Source: Camelus dromedarius (taxonomy: Eukaryota). Taken from it: 64,000 bases of DNA. This document shows, one piece after another, positions 49,323 to 59,015 of the stretch. The notes under the pieces are model-generated. The model saw nothing but the letters and a program-made list of their open reading frames with translations, ran no database searches and had not been told where the DNA came from. Position numbers and translations under genes: made by a program. Within the stretch, counting starts at the first letter, position 1. The number at the start of each line of letters is the position of its first letter. The stretch covers positions 27,468,001-27,532,000 of the forward strand of contig NC_087437.1 of the NCBI RefSeq assembly GCF_036321535.1. The letters run 5' to 3'.

Positions 49323-51869
49323 GTAAGTCACTGCTTGTCAGTTGGCAACCTGATTATTTCATTGCAGGATCATTGACCGTTGATTACTCAACTAATTGCC
49401 TGAGAAATACATATGACAGCAGGTGAGTTTTTGTGTTTGCTACTTCTTTTGTTACGATTCTCATTGTATAGCGTATGTGCTCATGTGGTCCAGGCTTGTG
49501 GTGTGATGCTACTGGCTGGCTAGATGTAACAGAATTTTCTGTATTAGTACCCTTTTTTCAAAAGCATTTGAGTCACTGCAAATGATGACTGATTGTGTTT
49601 CCCCACTTCAGTTTGAAACTCATTTACTTTTATGTGCACTGTGTTGTAGGAGGCGCTTTCGTATTATACAGATGAGCAAGAAGTTTTGGGCACAGGAAAG
49701 ATGAATAAAATAGGAGGGGGACAAGCACCAGAATAAGTGCAATAACTGAGTGAAAACCCGAGTGTCCACTGGAGGATGAACCGTTTGACATTCCTGGGTC
49801 CCTTCCACTCTCAATGAATACGTATTGGAGAGGAGAGAGCATCTGGTTGAGAAATGGGTTAAGGCTTCGTAGAAGAGATTGTATTTGAGATGGGCTTAGG
49901 TTTTTGACCCGTTGAATTTAAGAACTGGATAGCACATGAAAAACAGATGCTAGGAAATTTATGTTTGACTCATAACAAGTGAAATGCTTTACTCTGAAGG
50001 GAAACAAGATTAGTTTTTTGATACTTGTAATGAAAATTGGGCCAAAATATGTGATTTTTTTTTTTCTTAGGTTTACTGTCTTTTTTTCCTGGAATTTTAA
50101 GTGTAATTTCAGTGAGTCTTTTTTTTTTTTTTTTTTTATTGAAGACTATTATTACTATGATTTTAACAAAAATGCAATTGTGAAGTATATACTATGTTAT
50201 TTCCTGAGTATCTTTGAGGAATTTTCATCTCTAAACTGAATATTTTCTACAATTTTTTTGGGGGGGGTTATTTTTCAATATCCTCTGAAATGACTTTCAT
50301 AATCTCTATACCCATACATTTTTTTCTTATTATGATTAAGAAGCCCTTGCTAATTTTTCTGTGTCCAGGGCTGTATCAAAAGTAGGTAGAATTTTTTCCT
50401 TGTTCATTACTGGCTGAATTTATCAGTATTTTTCAGCTGCTACCTGTAGGCATCACTCATTTTTCCACATAATGAAATAACTTCACCGTTTATTTAGGGT
50501 AGCAGAAAGCCTGATATTTTAGAGATGGATCCTGAAGAATTCATGGATGAACTATCAGGGTGTCTTGATTTGTTTTAAAATAGAGTTGAAAAGAATCCAT
50601 TTTGAAGTGTGGAGCTGAGTTAATGGTAATGCACCAGTGTTAATTTCCTGGTTCTGCCAAGCGTTGCTAAGGTATGTAATGGTATGTACGGCATGAGCTT
50701 CAGGGCAAAGTAGATGAAGAGTACCTGGAGACTCTGTACTCACTCTGTACCTTTTCTGTAAATTTTAAATTATTACCAAATAAAAAGTTTATTTAAAGAA
50801 ATGAAAAGGGAGCTGAAACAAATGTGGCAAAAAGTTGAAAATGGTTGAAATCGGTTGAGGGTTCTGTGCCCTTCTCTTGGGAAGAACTTTGCAGATCTCC
50901 CTTGCTCATGTGTGGGTGTGAGATCAGAGGGCTGCCCAAGCACAGACGTCTTTCTCCCGTTGTTCATGTGACCTTTGGCTACGCAGTTGTTCCCAGCACT
51001 TAGCGTTCTCAAGACTGCCAACTTCCTTTGAGGAGAGAACATGAATGATTTCTGGTGAGTAAGTCTCATGATGGGTTAAGATATAATTCAGCTGTAATTT
51101 GCCATCATAAATGAGTTGCTAGAAAATTGGACACTTTTTCTTTTTTTTTTTTTTTTTAACTATCCTTCTATCACCAGTTGTCCAGGCACCCCTGGTAAGT
51201 TGTCAGTATAATTTAGAGTAAGCCATCAAAAAGGGGAACTAAAAGTATATGCTAATAAAACGTTAACGTTAGGAATGCTGCAGTGAGTCTGGTTCTCTTG
51301 CTTAAAAAGAAGGAAAAGTGTGACTAACGTATCATGCATGTGAGAATATAAGAATGTGATTTTTAACCCCCCTCCCCCCTTTGCCCTAAAATGTGGCTCT
51401 AGGGAGTGAAGGCCAAGGAGAGAGGACTAAAAGGAGAATTGACCAAAAGATTCAAGAAAATAAACTAGTTTAATATATGCTCCTGTATGAATAATATCTT
51501 GACCTGCCCATCAATAAAAACATATACTTAGATCACTAGCAAGCACAGGTTCTGGTGTCTAGGCCTGTACTGGCCTGTAACACGGGTAAGTCATCTACAC
51601 CCTTGGCCGTGTCAGATGTGTGATGCTGACGGGGGTTCCCGTCACTGGCCAGCTGGAGTTGGTCCAGTACCTACCATGTTACAAGGGTAACAGGCACTCT
51701 TTTGGGTGCATTTTCTCACTTATTATTCTCCTCAAACTCAGAGAATGTATTATGAAATTATAGATACAAGTTGTCTTGGGTTCAGACTTCTGAAAATAGT
51801 TCTCAGCACAGAGCTAAAAATAAGTCTGGAATCAGGCTTGTTTTGTTAGCTCCCAGGAACACCATTTCT

Positions 51870-52145
51870 TTCTTTTTTCTTTTTTTCCCTCTCTCCATCC
51901 TTTGAAATCATTTACTTACTTTGATTGAAGTAGCATTTATTTGTAACATTATATAAGTTTCAGTTGTGCAACATTATAATTCTACTTCCGTGTGCTCTGT
52001 AACATGCTCACCTCTCAAAACTTTGTTTCCCTCCATCACCATGCAGTTAATCCTTTACCCAGCCCTCCCCCCATCCCAGCACACACGTGCCCCTCTTCCC
52101 CTCTAGTAACTGCTACTCTCTGTATCTATGTGTTTGATTTTGCTT
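51870..52145 (-). mobile_element. L1 3'-end fragment
   Basis: ttgaagtag...aacattatataagtttcagttgtgcaacattataattc...cccctctagtaac; TSD-like AGGAA..CCATTTCTT on both sides. Confidence 0.7.
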
Positions 52146-52464
52146 GAGGAAAGCCATTTCTTCATTTTAACAGCTAGTGCAAATACATTACCAATTGTGT
52201 GCTTTTAGTATTGAAATGAGAAAAAAAAAAAACAAAGTCTCATGTTGGCTTATCTAAACTTTTTAATCTTCTTTTCCTTGAATACGTCTTTTATTACCAT
52301 CTATTGAATCCTTTCTGCATTACTGGCAGTGGAGAGAATTTGATTAAAGGGTTGTGACCCTGAGAGTAGAGTTACTCATACTTTGAAGTGCAGGCCCTTC
52401 ATGGGATCAGACTTATCTTCAGGATCTGAGTGGTGCCAGTCAGCCCAGCCCGTGCTGCATTTCT

Positions 52465-52617
52465 TCTTCTTTTTTAAAATTTTTTTTCCTTTTGGGGGGG
52501 GGGTAATTAGGTGTTTGTTTGTTTGTTTGTTTGTTTATTGGAGGTACTGGAGATTGAACCCAGGGCTTTGTGCATGCTAAGCACGTGCTGTACCATTGAG
52601 CTGTACCCTCCCACAGT
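52465..52617 (-). mobile_element. tRNA-Ala-derived SINE with perfect TSD
   Basis: Identical 13-bp TSD GTGCTGCATTTCT at 52452-52464 and 52618-52630. Confidence 0.92.
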
Positions 52618-52855
52618 GTGCTGCATTTCTGACTAGGCCTTGCCCCCTGCCGTATGCAGCCAGCTTGTCTATTTTAAGACTATTTGATGTGTTATTTTTC
52701 CATATCTTTGATGTGAGTTGCTAGTTGCAAAAGAGTAGTTTTAGCAGTTAGTTTAATTTAACACCCTCCCCGCCAGACGTTGTAGGTCTATATCGTGTTA
52801 CTGCAAAATAAAAATAAGAAATCAATGGATTTGTCATTACTGACAGTAGAAAATC

Positions 52856-52861
52856 TTTATT
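52856..52861 (-). terminator. GPR171: Probable GPR171 polyadenylation signal (AATAAA)
   Basis: TTTATT on +, about 650 nt past the stop codon, followed on - by a U-rich tract (ttgatttcttatttttattttg). A second AATAAA lies at 53289-53294. Confidence 0.65.
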
Positions 52862-53514
52862 TATAACCCCCAGGTAGAATATGAGGATATATACAGTACA
52901 TTAAAAACTATGTATTTTCAGGCCTTTTTAGAAGTAAAAATTTTTAGCTATTGGGTTAGGAAACAATTAGATGTTGAAAATTGGAGTAGTGAGCTAAAAG
53001 GTTACCATCTTTTTAAGTGATGGATTAAAAATAAATCAGGCACAAGTGGTTTCATGTAAAAAAAATCGGCTGGATTTTTTTTTTTTTTAAAGCTATCTAA
53101 AGGGCTCTAAGTTATGTTGCTGAAGGGCGTTCTGGCAACTTATATAGAGATTATTTTGCATATTTCTATCAAAAAGTCAGTTCCAGGCCTTTAAATGAAT
53201 TATGCCTCATGAGTACCTCTAAGACTGCGTCCTAGAACTAATTTTAGATTTCAAGGCTATTGCAAGGTTTTGTACTGGTTCAACAAGATTTATTAGTTTT
53301 TTGTACAAACATTTGGGTTAAGGAGAGTCAACAAGAGTACTCTACGCAAATGGCTTGCATTTAGAAACAAGGCTGCTCAGTAAACCAAGCCACATTTGCT
53401 AGCCCCCTGTATTTTTACGTAATTACTGAGGCTCTTTTTTCCCCTTCCTTCCTAGTAGTTTGGTACTTAATTGCCCAATAAGGCAAGAAATGATAGCATG
53501 AAAAATGCCGTATT

Positions 53515-54477
53515 TTATGCATTGCTTTCACAGCTTGATTTTTCTTTCTGAGCTTTGGTCTCCTTACTTGAAGCAAAAGTCTCAGTGACCTTTAAGCGGA
53601 AAGCTTTTGAGAGATGATAGTACAGGATCGGATCGAAGCACAGGTTGGACACGGCCAGGAGCAGTGTGGCCTCTTTGGCTTTGAAGAGTGAAATCCTGGT
53701 AGGGCAGTCAGATATGACCTCTGTTGTCTGGCTGAGGGTGTATGGGATTCGGACAATGTGATAAGGAACAAAACATACGATGTAGCCTGCGGTCACTAAA
53801 AGTATACTGATGAGAGCTCTTTTCACGTTTGGATAATTTTCATTGTCTTTGTTTCTGCAGAGTTGTCGAATTACAAGGCAGTTAGATATTAAGATGATGG
53901 CTGAGAAGTTTAAAAATATTGCTATGCATATGAAATTTGTCAGCAGATGCCAGTTTCTTCCAAACTCTTTTTTGAATTCCATGCAACCCACGTTGGGCTT
54001 TTCCTTGATGTCTTTGATAGGAATTACCATATTTGGCACCATGATAAGGAGGACCATGAGCCACACAACGGTCGATATCATTTTGGCAAATCCAGGTTCT
54101 TGTATTCGATAAATCTTGAAGCTGTGTGTCAACTGAAGACAGCGATCAATGCTAACAAATGCCAGGAATATAATTGATAAGTACATATTAATGTAGATAA
54201 GGCAGGCTGTTACTTGGCAGTGGAATATTCTTAGCTTCCAGGGTGCCACACCCAAGTCGACAGCTATTTTCACTGGTAACGCCAGAGTCAGCAGGAAGTC
54301 AGCTGTGAGCAAATTAAGTAAGTATATGCTTACACACCTGTGGTTTGTGTTGTTCTGTATGAAAGCCCAGGTTGCGAAACAGCTTCCAATAATTCCAACA
54401 AGGAAAACTAAATAAAAAAAATACGTGAATGGCTCCAGGTCTGTGTAAACTGGACAGAAGGTAGAACTGTTTGTCAT
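53515..54477 (-). CDS. GPR171: G protein-coupled receptor 171 (class A, P2Y12-like group), intronless CDS nested antisense in a MED12L intron
   Basis: Intact 320-aa ORF with seven hydrophobic segments, DRC and DPILY motifs, CFVPYH in TM6, Cys87/Cys165 and Cys8/Cys258 in the expected disulfide positions; recognisable as GPR171, and the position fits known synteny. Confidence 0.97.
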   Translation of the reverse strand: MTNSSTFCPVYTDLEPFTYFFYLVFLVGIIGSCFATWAFIQNNTNHRCVSIYLLNLLTADFLLTLALPVKIAVDLGVAPWKLRIFHCQVTACLIYINMYLSIIFLAFVSIDRCLQLTHSFKIYRIQEPGFAKMISTVVWLMVLLIMVPNMVIPIKDIKEKPNVGCMEFKKEFGRNWHLLTNFICIAIFLNFSAIILISNCLVIRQLCRNKDNENYPNVKRALISILLVTAGYIVCFVPYHIVRIPYTLSQTTEVISDCPTRISLFKAKEATLLLAVSNLCFDPILYYHLSKAFRLKVTETFASSKETKAQKEKSSCESNA

Positions 54478-54498
54478 CTTGAGGAAGAGTAAGGATGA

Positions 54499-54520
54499 CT
54501 GTCAAAAAAAACAAATCCAA
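54499..54520 (-). other. GPR171: Splice acceptor of the GPR171 coding exon
   Basis: Minus strand reads ttggatttgtttttttttgacag|tcatccttactcttcctcaagATG, giving 21 nt of UTR before the ATG. Confidence 0.65.
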
Positions 54521-55159
54521 AGAATCTGTTTTAAAAGAGCGGTTAGGGGAGGGAAGGGAGGTTAGTAATTAAAATTAGAAATTATTTTCTTTACACACAT
54601 TTGTACTCACAAAACCACGATCACAGCCTCTCTGCTTCTAAGAATTTCATTGGTGAATTTTATTAGGTTGTGTGGACTAGTGAGAACATGTTAGATTATG
54701 AGGAAGCCTGGGTTTTCCATGGTCTGATTTTGTGACTTTGGGAAATCCCACGTAGGTTGCTTCTAGAAGGGCTATTTTTGACTTCATGCTTTTGCATTCT
54801 GATAGATCATTTGTTACCATTTGGGTTGGAAGTTCGTTTGCAGAGGAGATAAGTAAACTGAAATTCTGAGAAATAGCAGGGGAAGAAATGGTTTGGTTGT
54901 GGCTGAGCCTGAAGAACTTTCAGTGAGGCTTCCTGGCTTTTTGTTTTTGTAGATTGATAGAACTCATGCTTAGGAACCTAGGCTGAGAGGGGAGGGAAAG
55001 GGTGACAGAAAATTGTACAAAAATTTAAAAGACTTTATTTAAAAAGTAGGCCCTTTATTGTATAACCTACCAGAATATTTTTGTTTTTCTTTTTTAGCAG
55101 AAAAAGTTGTAGGATTAGAATTTGGTCTTGCCTTGACCCTCCAGATCCATGATGGTATA

Positions 55160-55645
55160 GACCTGTGCTGGTATGGTAGCCTGCAGCCACAGGTGACCAT
55201 TGAGCACTTGAGATGTGGCCAGTCCAAATTGACATGTGATGTAAGTGCCGAATACCCACTGGGTCTTAAAGATTTAGTATGAAACATTGTAAAGAGGAGT
55301 GCAAGTAGTAAAGTTGCACTATTTTATGCAAATAGTACAATAATTAGATCTCTCTCTCTCTTTTTAAATTGAAGTGTAGTTAATTTACAGTATTGTAGTT
55401 TCTGGTGCACAGCATAGTGATTCAGTTGTATAAATTCTTCAGATTCTTTTCTATTATAAGCTGTTAACAAGATATTGAATATAGTTCCCTGTGCTATTCT
55501 GCAGGACCTTGTTGTTTTATCTATTTTATGTACAATAATGTGGAATCTGTTATCCTGTTTTTTTGTGCTTTTTTTAAGTGTGGCTGGCAGATAATTTTAA
55601 AGTACCTTTGCGATTTGCTTTGTATTTCTGTTGAAGTACTTGCAT
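55160..55645. mobile_element. MER33-like MITE interrupted by an L1 3' end (about 55350-55555, - strand)
   Basis: MITE 5' part (ccattgagcacttgagatgtggccagtcc) and 3' part (gtgtggctggcagataatttt...tatttctgttg) are split by ttgaagtgtagttaatttaca...gtttctggtgcacagcatagtgattcagtt. Confidence 0.72.
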
Positions 55646-56004
55646 AGATGTTTTTGTGTTGGTGTTGGTGAGAAATTTGACCAAGAATGTATTTTAAAGG
55701 CTTCTAGAGCAAGGATGTGTGATCACTGGTTATAAAATTCTCAAAGAGAAGCTCAGCTGTGTATACATATAGATGTGTCAAAACATCTAACTTTAACACG
55801 TGAAGGTTTTCTTCTTTCGTTGTGGGTTTTGAGGCAGTCAGGGCCAGAAGTGTAAGACACACCCTTAGATCCATTGTGATTGACACTGATAATAACATAA
55901 TCTTGTCACGTTCCCTCTGTATCTGGCACACTGGGTGTTTTATAGCACAAGCTGAACAAACTGGACTTCATTTAGTCCCTTAGACCTGGTGGAGTCAGAC
56001 TCAC

Positions 56005-56209
56005 ACCCTCAGGGCCGCAGCCATTCTTCCTGGTGCCATGTCCTGATATACACTATCCTCATGCATATTAAACACCTTCTGTTGTTTTTTATGATCAGAA
56101 GATAATTTTTGTGTTTTAGCAAGGAAAAATTGATATGCAACTTTTTAAAATAGCAAAGAGTAAGTATGTTGGCTAAGAAGTCCAAACAAACCCATTCTCT
56201 GAAACCTCC
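56005..56209 (-). other. GPR171: Candidate GPR171 non-coding 5' UTR exon
   Basis: Minus-strand donor gtgagt at 56004-55999 and acceptor tttgtttgcttgctttttaaag ending at 56210; the 5' boundary is uncertain. Confidence 0.35.
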
Positions 56210-56469
56210 CTTTAAAAAGCAAGCAAACAAAAACTTCAGAAGCCTTTCGACATCTTAATTCTCCTAATTATTTAATGATGCACTGTGTACATCTTGGGGT
56301 GAAACAATATACAAGTGGATGGATAAGGCAGATGTACATACAACTTTCTAAATTAAAGTGACATTTAAAGGGTACGTGTCCGTCCCCTTTCCCTACCTGA
56401 GAGAGGGCTTGAGGGTCCATGAGTAAATAGCGTCACTCTCTACTGAGCTCAGTGAAAATAATCGCGTGC

Positions 56470-56685
56470 GCACTTTGTGTCTGGCACTGTGCCCAGAACC
56501 TTACGCGTACATATTTAACCTTCATCATTCCTATCATGTAGGTGTTATTATCCCTGTTTCACAGGTGAGAAAACTGAGGCACTAGGAGGTTAACTAACAC
56601 TCAGTGTTATACAGCCGGTAAGTTATAGAGGCAGGATTCCCACCGGACCGTCTGATATCTGAAGCCGTGTTCAGAACCACTTGAG
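56470..56685 (-). mobile_element. MIR SINE
   Basis: tttcacaggtgagaaaactgaggcactaggaggttaac...gaggcaggattc. Confidence 0.7.
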
Positions 56686-57363
56686 AACTGCCTCAGTAAC
56701 GATAGAAGTAATAATGGTGGTGATTGTCACCGAAGTAGCCAGCCTTTACCAAGTGCCTCCTGTGTGGAAGAAACTATATTCTAAGCAATATTTATGTAAA
56801 AGAGCAGAAGTAAAATACTCATTCTTGATTTTTTTTCCTAAGTACTAATAAAAGTCCTTTAGGCTACATGTGTTTTGATGTTTCATTTTACAATGCATAT
56901 ATTTAAAAACCAAACCTAGTTTCTATCTTGTTAAACCTCCTTTACTTTCAAAATTCCCATGACCTGGTTCCCCCCCCATACCTTCCGCACTGTCTTCATC
57001 CCAGCTCTCTACTTTAGGCTGGTGGGGTCTCTGCTGTTCTGTGAACTCTGCCTCCTGCCTTTGTACTTCTTGTTGTGATACAGTTGAGGGGACCATCGGA
57101 CTTTAAGGATGGAGGGAACCTCTATTCATAGTGTCTAGTCCAATCCTTAGATGAGTTGAGGAGACTGAAGTCTGGCACTTGGGGGTTGGTCCAGGCTTCC
57201 CGGCCTGTGAGAGCAGGCTTCGAACCGGCCTCGTTGATCATTCTGTCGGCCCCCTACCTTTATCCTTCCCATATGAATCCTGCCTCCCCTGAATGCCCAG
57301 AGGAGGCTCTTCAGGCCTAAAGTCTGCTCCAGGCTTTACTGACTTCCTTGTGACTTGACTTTT

Positions 57364-57692
57364 TTTTTTTTTTTTTTTAATTGAAGTATAGTTGATTTAC
57401 AACATTGTGTTAATTTCTGGTGTACAGTAAAGTGATTGAGTTGTACTATATATGTGCCTTCTTTTTCATATTCTTTTTCCATTATGATTTATTGTAGGAT
57501 ATTGACAGTAGTTCCCTGTGCTGTACAGTAGGACCTTGTTTATCTGACTTACATACAGCAGTTTGTATCTGCTAATTCCAAACTCCCAGTTTATTCCCCC
57601 ATCCCTCCTCCACCCCCCTCCCCTTTGGTAGCCATAAGTTTGTTTTCTAAGCCTGTGAGTCTGTTTCTGTTTTGTAAGTAAGTTCCTTTGTA
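57364..57692 (-). mobile_element. 5'-truncated artiodactyl L1 3' end with poly(A) and TSD
   Basis: Long T-tract, ttgaagtatagttgatttacaa...gtttgttttcta..ctgtgagtctgtttctgttttg; TSD TGACTTGACTTTT at 57351-57363 and 57693-57705. Confidence 0.9.
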
Positions 57693-58827
57693 TGACTTGA
57701 CTTTTGATAGTAGCCATTTATTTAGTACCTTTAGAAACAGAAAATGTTTAGAAACGTCCTTTTCTTCTGTGGGTCAAAAGCTCGTGCTGGTGTAGATGGA
57801 TCCTTTGCTCATTGTTCCTTTACAAAGTGCTAGGATTTTGGCCTGTGCTCTTGTATTTCAGATGTTACGTTATTATAATAGTAACATAAAATGTGTTTCT
57901 TTAAGGGCCCCTATTGCTCATACAACTATACAGTAAAGTTCCATTTCATAGTTGAATATGTGGTAAGGAGAAGGATTAGAGAATAATATTTTGATCAATT
58001 AACATTCTCTGTAACTAGAACTGACCATATATACAACCCGTGGGTGATTTATTTAAAAAATAATTATAGTGTAACTATACATTCCATAATGCTTGAGAGT
58101 CATGCAGTGCCTCACAGTGGCTTTTTTTTGAATCTGTCTAGATTGCCACGAGACACAAATCTCTTCATTTAAAAATTTTGGTTATGCCAGTTAGAGGTTA
58201 AATTATACTATAATAACATTCTGTGTTCTCTCTCACAAATTTGAAAACTAAGTGCTTGATAAATATTTTTTCAGCCATTTATTAGCCTGTGGAAATCTGA
58301 GGTACCCAGAGGTATTCCAGCAAAATGAAGAAAAGCTTTCAAGTGTCTCTTTTGTTTGGATAGAGGGCCCATTGCTTAGAAAGTAAATAAACTCACTAGA
58401 TTCTTTTTTTTTTACTGAAGTCGTCACAACGATATTTTCTTGAAATTGCCTATCGTAATGTTTGTAGAGGAAAGTTGTTTTAAGACCTGTTCTACCCTGT
58501 TGTGAAGGCCTACAACATGGCCTGTATTCATCCAGTTATAAAATCAAACTACTGAGTAGTTATGCTCACCTATTAGGAAGTAGTACTCAGTCTTGTGTGA
58601 ATTAAGCTGTCTTTTTGCGAGGGATGGTTGGGGTCATCAGAAGAAAATTATACTGTAATTCACAGTGAGCATCTATTTGGAGTTTAATAATTGGTGCCTT
58701 CTTAAACAGCAACCCTATTATTACATGCTGGCATTTTTCAACCTATATGGTTTTTAAACACTGAAAATCATAGATTTCCCTTCCATGGAAAGACATTTGA
58801 ATGTATGAAGTATTTAAAAAGACATAC

Positions 58828-58945
58828 CTGGAAGTATATTCTCTGAGCCTCAGCGGGCCTTGCTCCAAGTCTTCAGAGAAGCCTGGGTAGTGCTGCTAGC
58901 TAGGGCAGGAGCAGCCCCATCGCAGGACTGCTGGCTGTACTAAAC
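58828..58945 (-). other. GPR171: Candidate GPR171 first (non-coding) exon
   Basis: Minus-strand donor CAG|gtatgt at 58828/58827, immediately downstream of a promoter-like motif cluster; the TSS is estimated. Confidence 0.5.
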
Positions 58946-59015
58946 GTTTCCTTTCCTTTTTGTGTGGTTTTAAAATGTTGCATATTGACGTAGATGAAAC
59001 TGTGGTTTGCAAATA
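58945..59015 (-). promoter_or_regulatory. GPR171: Candidate GPR171 proximal promoter
   Basis: Two RUNX sites TGTGGTTT (58963-58970, 59001-59008), GGAAAGGAAA on - (58947-58956), TATA-like TTTTAAAA (58968-58975), TGACGT at 58986-58991. Confidence 0.5.

Noticed and set aside
53843..54177. ORFs antisense to or overlapping GPR171
   Set aside because: Shadow frames of the real CDS.
54611..54637. Tiny extra GPR171 UTR exon (donor gtgagt at 54610-54605)
   Set aside because: The acceptor has almost no pyrimidine tract; not supportable from sequence alone.
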